A DNA stretch of 37,466 nt, taken from assembly GCA_913042995.1 (NCBI GenBank), contig CAJWMA010000001.1, forward strand, positions 1 through 37,466. Direction: 5' to 3'. The notes beneath the pieces were generated by a model, which ran no database searches, was not told the origin of the DNA, and saw nothing but the letters and a program-made list of their open reading frames with translations. Source of the DNA: an uncultured bacterium (GTDB taxonomy: Bacteria; Planctomycetota; UBA8108). Position 1 is the stretch's first letter. Each line of letters starts with the position of its first letter. Shown in pieces: positions 1 through 9,092 of this stretch. The position numbers and the translations under genes are program-made.

Positions 1-488
1 TCAATATCCTCGTGGATTATCCGACCGAAGATGAAGAGGTCGAGATCATGAAGAGAACCACCGTCGGGCAGGATGTGAATGTTGAAGAAATTCTCAACGG
101 CGATGAGATTCGTGAGTTGCAGGAGATCGTGAGGAAGGTGCCGGTTGCCGACGAGGTGATTCGCTACGTGCTCAGGTTGACCCGGGCGACCCGGATCAAT
201 AAGGAGGAGGCGCCTGAATACATCAAGGATTGGCTTGCCTGGGGCGCTGGTCCCAGGGCGTCGCAGTACCTGATCCTGGGGGCTAAGGCCCGGGCGGTTC
301 TTTACGGTCGTAATCACGTTTCGGCTGAGGATGTCCAGGCTGTGGCCTACCCGGTCCTGCGTCACAGAATTCTGACCAACTTTAGTGCTGAGGCTGAGGG
401 AGTCAGCCCAGAGACGATCATCGCCCGCCTGATCGAGGATACTCCTGTTCACGATACGGGTGCCGCCGGAGCCGCCGCGAGCGGTTGA
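1..488 (+). CDS. MoxR-like AAA+ ATPase, C-terminal fragment (5' end lies outside window)
   Basis: The frame is open from the window edge (NILVDYPTEDEEVEIMKRT...). The stretch ...RYVLRLTRATR...WGAGPRASQYLILGAKARAVLYGRNHVSAEDVQAVAYPVLRHRI matches the conserved MoxR (AAA_3 type) lid/C-terminal region. Stop is TGA 486-488. A DUF58 gene follows directly, as in MoxR operons. Confidence 0.8.
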   Translation, partial: NILVDYPTEDEEVEIMKRTTVGQDVNVEEILNGDEIRELQEIVRKVPVADEVIRYVLRLTRATRINKEEAPEYIKDWLAWGAGPRASQYLILGAKARAVLYGRNHVSAEDVQAVAYPVLRHRILTNFSAEAEGVSPETIIARLIEDTPVHDTGAAGAAASG

Positions 489-580
489 TGGCTTTTGCCT
501 GGACGCAGGGCGCTTCGGCTGGAGGAGATGTCCGTTGGTGCGTTTCATTTTCATCGGCTTGCAGAATAGGGGAGAGATGA

Positions 581-1486
581 TTGGCTGCTGATTCGCCTTC
601 CAAGTACCTTGACCCCAAGGTTCTCAACGGGATCTCCAGGCTGGAGCTCAAGGCCCGGCTTATCGTCGAGGGATTCATCTCGGGACTCCATCGCAGCCCG
701 TATCACGGCTTCAGTATTGAGTTTGCCGAGCACCGGGAATATGTCCCCGGCGATGACATCCGCCACATCGACTGGAAGGTCTTCGGGCGCTCCGACCGCT
801 TCTATATCAAGCAGTACGAGGAGGAGACCAACCTCAACACCCATATCCTCCTGGACGCATCGGAGTCGATGAACTATTCCTCCGGTGAAGTCAGCAAGTT
901 TGATTACGGGGTGATGGTGGCGGCTTCCCTGGCCTACCTGCTTCTGCGCCAGCAGGATGCTGTTGGGCTGGCGCTCTTTGATGACAAGGTCCGCGACCTG
1001 GTAGGCGCGCGGTCCACAGGATCCCATCTCAAGACCCTGCTCGATGTGGTGGAAAAGCCAGGGCTGAAGGAGAAGACTGACCTCGGGGTTATCCTGCACC
1101 AGTTTGCCGACAGGATCAGCCGCAAGGGGCTGATCGTCATCATCTCAGACATGCTCGATGATATTGAGCATATTGAGCGAGGCCTGAAGCACCTGCGCTA
1201 TTGCAATCACGAGGTGATTCTCTTCCACCTGCTCGACAAGGATGAGCGCACCTTTCCATTTCAGAACATGACCATGTTTGAGGGGCTGGAGGGCATGGAG
1301 GATGTGCTGGCTAATCCAAGACTCCTGAAGGAAGCCTACCTCGGGGAGTTGGAGAAGTTCCTCAGCAGACTGAGAAGGGTTTGTCGGAACAATCGTTTCG
1401 ATTATGTGGCCCTGGACACCAGCGACCATCTTGACGTGGCTCTCTCTACCTACCTGGCCAAGCGTACGGGGAGTTTGAGACGGTGA
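581..1486 (+). CDS. DUF58 family protein (VWA-like fold, MoxR operon partner)
   Basis: Family-typical motifs: YLDPKVL..LELKARLIVEGFISGLHRSPYHGFSIEFAEHREYVPGDDIRHIDWKV. A DxSxS MIDAS-like motif DASES lies at 854-868. TTG start at 581 is preceded by AGGGGAGAG. The nearby ATG at 577 is out of frame and stops immediately. Confidence 0.85.
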   Translation: MAADSPSKYLDPKVLNGISRLELKARLIVEGFISGLHRSPYHGFSIEFAEHREYVPGDDIRHIDWKVFGRSDRFYIKQYEEETNLNTHILLDASESMNYSSGEVSKFDYGVMVAASLAYLLLRQQDAVGLALFDDKVRDLVGARSTGSHLKTLLDVVEKPGLKEKTDLGVILHQFADRISRKGLIVIISDMLDDIEHIERGLKHLRYCNHEVILFHLLDKDERTFPFQNMTMFEGLEGMEDVLANPRLLKEAYLGELEKFLSRLRRVCRNNRFDYVALDTSDHLDVALSTYLAKRTGSLRR

Positions 1487-3810
1487 GCGGAATCTTTCTC
1501 AACTCAGGTCTGCTTTGGCTTGGCGCTCTCGTCGGTGTGCCAATCCTCATCTACCTGATCAATCGCCAGCGCTTTCGCCGCCGCAAATGGGCTGCGATGG
1601 TCTTTCTCCTCAAGGCGTTGAAGAAAAGCCGGCGAAGACTGCAGATACAGAACCTCCTGCTCCTTCTGATCCGCTGCCTCATCCTTCTTCTGCTTGTCCT
1701 GGCCGTTTCCCGCCCGGTCCTGCATTCTAATTCGGAGGCCTTCTCCAGCGAGGGGAACAAGAACTGGATCTTCGCCATCGATACCTCCTATAGCATGGAG
1801 TACGTGGATGGCGCATCGAGCCTGCTGGACAGGGCCAAGCAGACTGTCCTCGATGTCGTTACATCCTACGCAAAGGAGGACGACTATGTGGCTGTCATGA
1901 CGCTGGATTACCAACCGGACGTGATCTTCGAGAGGAGCCAGATGAGCGCCCCGAGGAAAGCGCTGCTCGAGTCCGAACTCGATCGACTGGCCAGCAGCAA
2001 CCGCGGGGTCCGCCTGGTGACCTCGCTGCGTTCCATAGCCGACCTGGCAGATCAATTCGTGACATCCGCGGGGACGCCTGAGCCGTGCCGGATCGTTTTT
2101 CTCAGTGATCTTCAGCGCAAGGACTGGCTTGGCAAGGAGGGACCCCGGTCTCCCGAGATCAAGCAGCTCTTCGATGAGTTCAGATCCGAAGGGCACGAGC
2201 TCGTGTTTTCACAGCTCTCCGCTGCTGAGAGCAACAGGTCCAATGTGGCGATCACCGATCTCACGGTCAAGCCGGATCTCTTCGCCAAGGGGGTGGCTGT
2301 CGAGATCCAGGTGACGCTGAGGAATTACGGCAGCCGGGAAGCTGATGGACTCGACTTTACCGTGCGGGTTGATCCGCCTGTGACAGGGAACCCAGGAGAA
2401 GCGCAGGCGGGGGAAATCCTGAGGATTCCGGCCGGAGGCGTTGTGACCCGCAGCCTTCCCTATCGCTTTGATTCACCCGGATATCACTCGGTTGTCGCCG
2501 AGGTGCGCAGTGATGGCCTCGTGGTGGACAATAAGCGTTTCTTTACGGTCGATGTGCGGGACCAGATCGAGATCCTCCTGGTGGATGGAGATCCGGCTGT
2601 CGACCCCCTGGAGCGCGAGACCTTCTACCTGCAGACAGCCCTGCAGCCGCGGGATGATGCCATGACCACTCTTGGCGGGCGTATCACTCCCTTCCAGCCG
2701 GTCAACCTGACGGCTGACCTTCTTCGAGACGTGGAGTGGAAGAGGTTCTCGCTTGTTGTTCTCGCCAACGTGGCCGACATTCCCGTAAAGGAACTCGTGA
2801 CCCTGCGGCGCTACGTCGCTGAAGGTGGTTTCCTGGTGGTCTTCATGGGAGCCAACGTTGATCCCCAGACCTACAACAGGATCTTCCACGCTCCCGGGCC
2901 TGAGCGATTGCTGCCGTTTGAGGTTGTTGAGGAGCGCGGCGACAGCCTCAGCCCGGTCTACCTTCAATTTTCCGACAAGTCCCATCCGGTGGCGGATTAT
3001 TTCGCGCAGCACAAGGAACGAACCGAACTGCACAGAGCCCTGGTTCCCTTCTACCGATTCATGAAGATGGCAGCCGAGCCCGGAGGCAAGGAGGCCACGG
3101 CCAGGGTTTTCTGCCGCTACAACGACCTCGACAGGAGCCCCGCGGTATTTGATAACCCCTACGGCCGCGGCCGGGTTCTGTGGTTTACCTCGTCTGCTGA
3201 TGATGGCTGGAACGAGTTTCCAGCCTGGCAGGACTACGTGGTCTTTCTCTACGAGTCGATCGCCTACCTGGTCGGATTCCGCCGTCTGAACGATAACCTT
3301 GGGATCGGGGAGGAGTTCCAGCGCTTCTACGACAGCTCGCGCTTCGCCTACGAGGTCAGGCTTCACGCTCCGCCCCTGCCGGGTCGAGGGCTGACTGGAA
3401 GCCGCACCGTTCCGATGGCCATGCGCGAGCTTGACGACTCAGGGAGGTTCTCCCTGGCTTACGGGCAGACGGATGTTCCCGGGCTGTACAGGCTCGAGCT
3501 GAGACAGGGACAGGCCGGTGCCGGGGAGGAAGGCGAAGCTTCCGCCGCGAAAAAAAACACCGAGTATTTCAGCGTCAATGTTTCGACTGAGGAGAGTGAC
3601 CTGCGCGGGATCGAGGCCTCGGAGATGGAGTCGCACTTCGGTGTCGAGGCCAGCCAGCTACTGAACTATTCCGAAGAGGTTGAGACCAGGCAGCAGCAGA
3701 AGGCCCTGCGGCGCGACCGTGAGCTGTGGAAATATTGCCTGGCGGCGGCTATCGCGCTGCTCTTTATCGAGACGGCCCTGGCGCAGTTCGTTGGCAGGAG
3801 GGCTGGTTGA
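1483..3810 (+). CDS. BatA-type membrane protein: N-terminal double-TM domain + VWA (MIDAS) + GATase1-like domain + C-terminal TM anchor
   Basis: The GTG start overlaps the DUF58 stop (GTGA 1483-1486). The N-terminus LWLGALVGVPILIYLINRQRFRRRKW...LLLLLIRCLILLLLVLAVSRPV is the aerotolerance-regulator/BatA double-TM signature. MIDAS motif DTSYS lies at 1780-1794. The later EILLVDGDP...LVVLANVADIP..LRRYVAEGGFLVVFMG segment resembles a class-I glutamine-amidotransferase-like fold. C-terminal anchor: ELWKYCLAAAIALLFIETALAQFVGRR. Confidence 0.75.
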   Translation: MSGIFLNSGLLWLGALVGVPILIYLINRQRFRRRKWAAMVFLLKALKKSRRRLQIQNLLLLLIRCLILLLLVLAVSRPVLHSNSEAFSSEGNKNWIFAIDTSYSMEYVDGASSLLDRAKQTVLDVVTSYAKEDDYVAVMTLDYQPDVIFERSQMSAPRKALLESELDRLASSNRGVRLVTSLRSIADLADQFVTSAGTPEPCRIVFLSDLQRKDWLGKEGPRSPEIKQLFDEFRSEGHELVFSQLSAAESNRSNVAITDLTVKPDLFAKGVAVEIQVTLRNYGSREADGLDFTVRVDPPVTGNPGEAQAGEILRIPAGGVVTRSLPYRFDSPGYHSVVAEVRSDGLVVDNKRFFTVDVRDQIEILLVDGDPAVDPLERETFYLQTALQPRDDAMTTLGGRITPFQPVNLTADLLRDVEWKRFSLVVLANVADIPVKELVTLRRYVAEGGFLVVFMGANVDPQTYNRIFHAPGPERLLPFEVVEERGDSLSPVYLQFSDKSHPVADYFAQHKERTELHRALVPFYRFMKMAAEPGGKEATARVFCRYNDLDRSPAVFDNPYGRGRVLWFTSSADDGWNEFPAWQDYVVFLYESIAYLVGFRRLNDNLGIGEEFQRFYDSSRFAYEVRLHAPPLPGRGLTGSRTVPMAMRELDDSGRFSLAYGQTDVPGLYRLELRQGQAGAGEEGEASAAKKNTEYFSVNVSTEESDLRGIEASEMESHFGVEASQLLNYSEEVETRQQQKALRRDRELWKYCLAAAIALLFIETALAQFVGRRAG

Positions 3811-6344
3811 TGTTGCCGGCTATCTTGAGAGGGAGCTTTCTTTGCCAGGTCGAGTCGCCGGACCTTGTCACCGAGACTGAGGAGACGATTCGTTGGCTCG
3901 ATATGCCCGAAGCCTGGATCGTCGCCCTGCTGATCCTGCCCCTGGTGTTCGCCTTCGTCGCTTTTTTCTACAAGAGGGAGAAACCGGTCGGAAATCCCCG
4001 CTGGCGCTGGGCCCTCGGCGGCCTGCGGCTGCTTGTGTTGACCCTGGCCCTGCTGATCCTGGCCAACCCGGTGCGGCAGACGAAGACCTATGAGCGAAGA
4101 GACAGCACCCTGGTGTTGCTGGTGGATGACTCTCTCAGCCAGGATATCAAGGACAGGTATTCCGAACGCGAGATCCCCAAGTCTCTTGCCCGCCTGTTCC
4201 GGACCCAGGCGGATATCGTTGAGGGGACAACGCGATATGACCTGGTGCGCAGGCTGGTGCGCGACGAGGAGCTTGATTTCATCGAGAAGTTGAGGAAGAA
4301 GGGCAAGCTCGCGGTCTATACCTTTGGCGGCTCAGTGAACAGCCTCGATAAATTTTCGAAGATCGAGGGGGATGAGGATCCCGCCTCCGGGGCCGGAGAC
4401 GAGACCGCGGACCCCGCGGCAGATGACGAGCTGCTGCCGTCGTACTCAAAGGTTCGAGATGATCCGCGGGTGCAGGAGACGAGGGTGGCAGAGGGACTCC
4501 GGGACTCGGTCTCAGGGGTTCTCGGACTCGGATTCGGCAAACGGCGTGAGAAGGTTTCCGGGGTGATCATGGTGAGCGACTTCCAGCAGAACGCGGATAC
4601 TATTTCTATTACCGAGTACGCTCGCAGGTTGGGAGAGCGCAAGATTCCGGTCTTTACCATCGGTGTCGGGAATCCCGATGAGCCGAAGGACATCCGGATC
4701 ACCAACGTCGATGTGAACGACGTTGTGCTGGTGGATGATGATGTTCCCTTCGATGTTTCGTTGGTCGCCGATGGTTTCGAAGGAGAGCGGGTCCGGGTCG
4801 ATCTGCGAATTGATTCGATTGTTGTCAGCACGAAGTATGTCGTTCTCGATGGGGCCGGGAAACGCCAGGGAGTTCGCTTTCGCTACCAGCCGCGGAAGGC
4901 CGGGAAGCTTACGGCCACGGTTGAGGTCGAGCAGCAGGGTGGAGAGGTCTTCTATGACAACAATTCCATGTCGCGCAACCTGACGGTCCTCGATCAGAAG
5001 ATCAAGGTGCTCTACGCCGAATATCTTCCGCGGTGGGAGTATCGCTATCTCAAGAACGCTCTCATTCGCGACAAGACCATGGAGACGCAGGTCTATCTCT
5101 TCTCGGCGGATCCCGAGTTTACCCAGGATTCCTCTACAGGAGTTCCTCCGCTGAGAGCTTTTCCTTCCCGCAAGGAGGAGCTGTTCAAATATCACGTGAT
5201 CATTCTCGGAGATGTCGACCCCGAGCGTCACCTCGGTGCCGGGCGCCAGGAGCTGCTCAAGGAGTTTGTCGCCTCGGGAGGCGGAGTCATCTTCCTCAGC
5301 GGACCGCATTCCAATCCGCTCCGGTACGCTCGCGCGACAGATCTTTACACGATCCTGCCTGTGCAGGTCAACGAGACGGGGTCGCTCAAGGGGGGGGATG
5401 CCCCGGTCACGGAGTCTTTCAACGTTAAGCTGAGCGCGGTGGGAATGGAGCATCCGGTGATGAGGCTTGATAATGACCCGGCTCGAAACCGCCAGCTCTG
5501 GGAGAACGAAGACGGCCGTTTTTATGAGCATCTTCCCGGGTTCTTCTGGTTTGCCAGGGTCGGCAAGGCCAAGGGAAACGCCGTGGTGCTGGCGCGCCAT
5601 CCCCAGCTCGTTCAATCTTTGAGTAACCCGCCCAAGCCGCTGGTCATTTTCGCGTTCATGAATTACGGCAAAGGCCGGACCTTCTTCAGCGCGGTCGACA
5701 ACACCTGGCGCTGGCGGGCGGGTGTCGACAATCTCTACTTCTACCGATTCTGGGGCCAGCTCTGTCGCTTTGTGGCGGCAGGTCGATTGCTTGGCAAGAC
5801 ACCGCGCTACAGCATTACCTCAGACAAAGAGGTCTACAGCATCGGAGAGAGTGTCCGGGTGGAGTGCCAGGTCTACGATGCCAACATGAATCCATCGGAG
5901 GACGAGATCATCTCCATCTACCACCAGGTGCAGGGGGAGGTCGATGAGCCGCCGCAGAAGATCGACCTGTCTCTCCATCTGCAGGGGCAGGGGGTCTACA
6001 GGGGAACCTTTTCCGCCGGCGCCAGGGGTCGTCACGATCTGTGGCTGGGTACGCCCGAGGAACGCTTTTCCTTTACCTCTTATACCGTCGAGGTGCCGGC
6101 CCTGGAGGCGAGGGACACCCGGCTGAACCGCCCCCTGGGCCGCCAGATTGCGAAGTTGTCAGGAGGCGCGTACTTTGATCTGCACGAGGTTATGAACGCC
6201 GTAGGCAAGGTCCAGGGGCTCAGCCAGACCAATGAGACCCCGTTCGTCGATGACGAGCTCTGGGACAAGTGGTGGGTTATCGTCCTCATAACCGCTATTC
6301 TCGCCGCCGAGTGGATCCTGCGAAAAGTGGTACGGCTGGTTTGA
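3810..6344 (+). CDS. Second BatA/BatB-like membrane protein: double-TM + VWA-like (MIDAS) + GATase1-like domain + C-terminal TM anchor
   Basis: ATG 3810 overlaps the upstream stop (TGATG 3808-3812). The track's 3726 start would overlap the previous gene by 85 nt. TM helices: WIVALLILPLVFAFVAFFY and LRLLVLTLALLILANPV. DxSxS motif DDSLS lies at 4125-4139. Further motifs: VIMVSDFQQN and YHVIILGDVDPE...LKEFVASGGGVIFLSG. C-terminal anchor: ELWDKWWVIVLITAILAAEWILRKVVR. Overall the architecture matches the preceding gene. Confidence 0.7.
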   Translation: MLPAILRGSFLCQVESPDLVTETEETIRWLDMPEAWIVALLILPLVFAFVAFFYKREKPVGNPRWRWALGGLRLLVLTLALLILANPVRQTKTYERRDSTLVLLVDDSLSQDIKDRYSEREIPKSLARLFRTQADIVEGTTRYDLVRRLVRDEELDFIEKLRKKGKLAVYTFGGSVNSLDKFSKIEGDEDPASGAGDETADPAADDELLPSYSKVRDDPRVQETRVAEGLRDSVSGVLGLGFGKRREKVSGVIMVSDFQQNADTISITEYARRLGERKIPVFTIGVGNPDEPKDIRITNVDVNDVVLVDDDVPFDVSLVADGFEGERVRVDLRIDSIVVSTKYVVLDGAGKRQGVRFRYQPRKAGKLTATVEVEQQGGEVFYDNNSMSRNLTVLDQKIKVLYAEYLPRWEYRYLKNALIRDKTMETQVYLFSADPEFTQDSSTGVPPLRAFPSRKEELFKYHVIILGDVDPERHLGAGRQELLKEFVASGGGVIFLSGPHSNPLRYARATDLYTILPVQVNETGSLKGGDAPVTESFNVKLSAVGMEHPVMRLDNDPARNRQLWENEDGRFYEHLPGFFWFARVGKAKGNAVVLARHPQLVQSLSNPPKPLVIFAFMNYGKGRTFFSAVDNTWRWRAGVDNLYFYRFWGQLCRFVAAGRLLGKTPRYSITSDKEVYSIGESVRVECQVYDANMNPSEDEIISIYHQVQGEVDEPPQKIDLSLHLQGQGVYRGTFSAGARGRHDLWLGTPEERFSFTSYTVEVPALEARDTRLNRPLGRQIAKLSGGAYFDLHEVMNAVGKVQGLSQTNETPFVDDELWDKWWVIVLITAILAAEWILRKVVRLV

Positions 6345-6436
6345 GGGGGAATCGGACGGTAAACTAAGATAGCCGAAGCGCGTTGCCGGCGGATGGATTG
6401 AGAGACAGGCAGGTTCAAATCAGCGGATTGGATAAC

Positions 6437-8983
6437 ATGGCATCTGCAGAAGATCTGAAGCACAAAATTTCCGGCGCGCGGTTCACAGTATCCGTTGTCA
6501 TGCTGTTTTGCCTGCTGGCGGCGGCCCCTCTCAGTTTCGCGCGTGAAAAGATCTTCGTTGCCGGAGGCGGGGGCGAGTGGACCTCTCGTCTTGTCGAGGC
6601 CCTGGGCGCTGTTGAGGCCGGGAATTATTCCATGGCTGCCCGGGTACTCCAGGAACTTGTCATTTCCGATGAGGGAGGCATGATCAGGATGCCTGTTTTG
6701 TCGACTCGCCTCACCGAGCTCAAGGAGATGCTCGCATCGGATTCCGGAAAAAACGCTCCGCTTCCGGCTCCCAGGGCTCGCGTCGTGCCCGTTCGCCCCG
6801 GGCAGTTCGGGAGACGGCCCTCCCAGGTGGTCTCTCCCAGGGGGACGAAGGAATGGGGGCGCTATCTGAGCGTGTCGAGAGCGGCGACGCTGGTGCTGGG
6901 CCGGCTGCCCGAGGCAGGGCTCGCCCGCTACAGGGAGCTCTATGGTGAGGCCGCAGGCGAACTCCTGCGCGAATACGAGGAGGCCGGTGACCCCCGGGTT
7001 CTTCAACAGGTCTGCAGGTTCTACGGTCTTACAGAGTCCGGGCTCTTCGCCCGAGAGTTGAATGCGGATCTCACCTTCGAGTCCGGTCGATTCAAGGCGG
7101 CCTGGGTTGAGTATCGTTCGGTGCTGGCGGATCGAGCCCGGGGCGCAATAAAGCCCGGGGCGTTGATGAGACTGGTGGAAAAGTCCCTGGCATGTCTGAA
7201 ACACGCAGGCTTCCGTCAACTGTTCAACCATGAGAAGGCTCGTCTTGACAAGCTGGTTCGCGGTGCTGGCGAGAAGGAGCATGGTCTCTATCTCGAGCTG
7301 CTGAAGAAGCTCGATAATGAGGCCTTTCAGGGCGGGCTTCCCGCCAACGCAGGCAGGGCTTCCGCGAGCTATTGGGGTGGAGAGCTTCCGGGCGGCGCCA
7401 CCTCGCCCAGATTTGGAGCGGGGGGACTTCCGGACCTGCCTGGCGGACCGATGGAGATTTCCTGGATCAGCCTCGACGATGAGTTGCGAAAGACGGTTGC
7501 CGTGGCGGATGACCTGGATCCTCTGCTGAACAACAGCTTCTTTCGGGGGCAACTGATCCAGCCCAAGGGTATCGATTATCCCTTTGTTCCCCTGGTGAGA
7601 AAAAACTCCGTGTTTGTCTCCGGTGTCTACAGTATTTACGAAATAGACGGCCGACCGGGAGTCGGGAAGCTGCTGCGCACGATTGAGAAGCCGACCCCTG
7701 CCGGGCTGCGCGGCCGCTATCGTGAGCAGAGTGATTCTTCCATCTACGCGGTGACCTTGTGGGCTCGTGGACTGGACGGCGCGGCTGATCGATTCTCAGG
7801 TCTTGGTGAACTGCCCGGAGAGATCCTGCTCTCGCATTATATCGCCGGTTTCTCCCGTCGCCGGCATTACATGGGTTACGACATAACGGTCAGCATCCCG
7901 ACACGGTCCCTGGCGGCTTTTGATGGCGCCAGCGGCGATCTTCTCTGGCGAACTGAGGATCTGAGGACCTCGGTGCAGAAAGACATCTATGGTCCCAATG
8001 AGATTCCGGCGGAGATCAGCTATTCATCTCCTGCCCTGGTTCGCGATGGCCTGGTCTTCGCGGGCGGTTGGAAGCAGGATGGCTATATCAACAGCCTGCT
8101 GCGCGCACTGGACCTGAAGACCGGCAAGACGGTCTGGGAGGCAACGATCTCCTCCTCTCAGATGGAGCAGACCATGTTTGGCGAGCTTGGCCGGGAGCCC
8201 TTCGCTTCGTTCCTCCTGGAGGAAGATGGTGTTCTCTACTACCTCACGAACCTCGGGGCTGTAGCCGCCATCGAGAGCCGCAGCGGCCGTGTGCTCTGGG
8301 TGACGGCCTACGATGACATCAAGCCCCCGCCCACCATGGGAAGGATACCCCGGCTGCGGGAATTATATTGGGGTCTCAACTCTCCGCTGCTCCTGGGGAA
8401 TGTTCTCATCGCGGCTCCTCGGGACTCGCAGTACCTTCTCGCTATCGATACAGGCAAGGGGCCGGCCGGCCGGGGCAGGGAGGGAGAGATCCTCTGGGCC
8501 TACGACAACTCCGGGGGAGATCTCAGGGATCTGCTGGGGGCCCACAATGGACGGCTCTATTTTTCCGGGCGGGATGGAATCTTCGCTCTCGATATCACCG
8601 AGCTCAATGCCGCAGGTGACCTGGTCCGGAAGCCGCCGGCATTGCGGGCGGCGGCGAATCGCCAGCGGGCGCTTTCGAAGGTCGCTGCTGGAAATATCAA
8701 CAAGTTATCGGGCCTGCCCAAGGTCTATCGTGTCGGTTCCCCTCTGGCCTGGCAGGTCGATTCGATCAGAGCCCGCGGACTTCTCACATCCAGCGGAGTG
8801 CTTTATGCAGGCAATGGTCAGCTTGAAACTGTCGATTTCGGGTTGAGCAAGCGCAACGCCCTGTTGCCGAAAGGTGCCGCTCTCCGGGGGTTTTTCAGCT
8901 TCGGAGGGGTTTATATCGGCGGGGGACAGATCATCCTTTCTTCCCAGACCTCTATTTCAGCTTTCAGCGGACCCACTTTTTGA
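6437..8983 (+). CDS. Secreted PQQ-like (BamB-type) beta-propeller repeat protein with N-terminal helical region
   Basis: ATG 6437 gives a signal-peptide-like N-terminus (RFTVSVVMLFCLLAAAPLSFA). The track's TTG at 6383 is an alternative start. Propeller blade motifs recur: SLLRALDLKTGKTVWE, GAVAAIESRSGRVLWV, YLLAIDTGKG...GEILWAY, GRLYFSGRDGIFALD, LAAFDGASGDLLWR. Confidence 0.65.
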   Translation: MASAEDLKHKISGARFTVSVVMLFCLLAAAPLSFAREKIFVAGGGGEWTSRLVEALGAVEAGNYSMAARVLQELVISDEGGMIRMPVLSTRLTELKEMLASDSGKNAPLPAPRARVVPVRPGQFGRRPSQVVSPRGTKEWGRYLSVSRAATLVLGRLPEAGLARYRELYGEAAGELLREYEEAGDPRVLQQVCRFYGLTESGLFARELNADLTFESGRFKAAWVEYRSVLADRARGAIKPGALMRLVEKSLACLKHAGFRQLFNHEKARLDKLVRGAGEKEHGLYLELLKKLDNEAFQGGLPANAGRASASYWGGELPGGATSPRFGAGGLPDLPGGPMEISWISLDDELRKTVAVADDLDPLLNNSFFRGQLIQPKGIDYPFVPLVRKNSVFVSGVYSIYEIDGRPGVGKLLRTIEKPTPAGLRGRYREQSDSSIYAVTLWARGLDGAADRFSGLGELPGEILLSHYIAGFSRRRHYMGYDITVSIPTRSLAAFDGASGDLLWRTEDLRTSVQKDIYGPNEIPAEISYSSPALVRDGLVFAGGWKQDGYINSLLRALDLKTGKTVWEATISSSQMEQTMFGELGREPFASFLLEEDGVLYYLTNLGAVAAIESRSGRVLWVTAYDDIKPPPTMGRIPRLRELYWGLNSPLLLGNVLIAAPRDSQYLLAIDTGKGPAGRGREGEILWAYDNSGGDLRDLLGAHNGRLYFSGRDGIFALDITELNAAGDLVRKPPALRAAANRQRALSKVAAGNINKLSGLPKVYRVGSPLAWQVDSIRARGLLTSSGVLYAGNGQLETVDFGLSKRNALLPKGAALRGFFSFGGVYIGGGQIILSSQTSISAFSGPTF

Positions 8984-9024
8984 GCCGAAATAGGACCCTG
9001 CAGGAGTGAAAGGTCTTTATTCGC

Positions 9025-9053
9025 CTGATTTTACGTATCTTAAGCGGTAGAAT
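9025..9053 (+). promoter_or_regulatory. Candidate internal promoter ahead of the 9093 gene
   Basis: CTGATT (9025-9030), 17-nt spacer, TAGAAT (9048-9053). Located in the only sizeable gap (109 nt) inside the 16-kb cluster. The -35 box is weak. Confidence 0.3.
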
Positions 9054-9065
9054 CTCCCGGGAGAT
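9052..9065. promoter_or_regulatory. Perfect 14-nt palindrome ATCTCCCGGGAGAT overlapping the candidate -10/+1
   Basis: Read directly, and the reverse complement is identical. Any operator role is inferred from position only. Confidence 0.35.
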
Positions 9066-9092
9066 CGCACGCAGTCCTCAGACTCGTTTCTG

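Noticed and set aside
3550-3557. Homopolymer tracts inside genes as possible phase-variation switches: A8 at 3550-3557, 9123-9130, 18144-18151 and 27180-27187; T8 at 21271-21278; G8 at 5390-5397; G9 at 30160-30168.
   Set aside because: All are in frame and simply encode KK, FF or GG. They occur in housekeeping genes (recO, cdaA, sucD), where on/off switching is implausible, and they are short compared with known contingency tracts.
3726-3809. Upstream extensions of track ORFs: 3726 for the second VWA gene, 10096 for the DUF4175-like gene, 6383, 24243 and 33666.
   Set aside because: The extensions overlap the preceding gene by 85-200 nt or add atypical N-terminal residues. Internal starts give stop/start coupling, signal peptides or canonical N-termini instead.
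6412-6421. GGTTCAAATC, which resembles a tRNA T-loop, in the 6345-6436 gap.
   Set aside because: The flanking bases cannot form a 5-bp T-stem (GCAGG versus CAGCG), and no acceptor or anticodon arms can be drawn. No tRNA is called anywhere in the window.
6080-7552. Long antisense ORFs. These are 6080-7552 (490 aa), 13659-14960 (433 aa), 10312-11484 (390 aa), 4512-5615 (367 aa), 28675-29694 (339 aa), 29613-30527 (304 aa) and others, all on the minus strand.
   Set aside because: Each lies fully opposite a + strand gene with clear family motifs. Their translations are R/P/S/G/L-rich with no recognisable motifs, and one even spans an intergenic gap between two + genes. This is typical stop-codon-poor shadow framing in GC-rich DNA.
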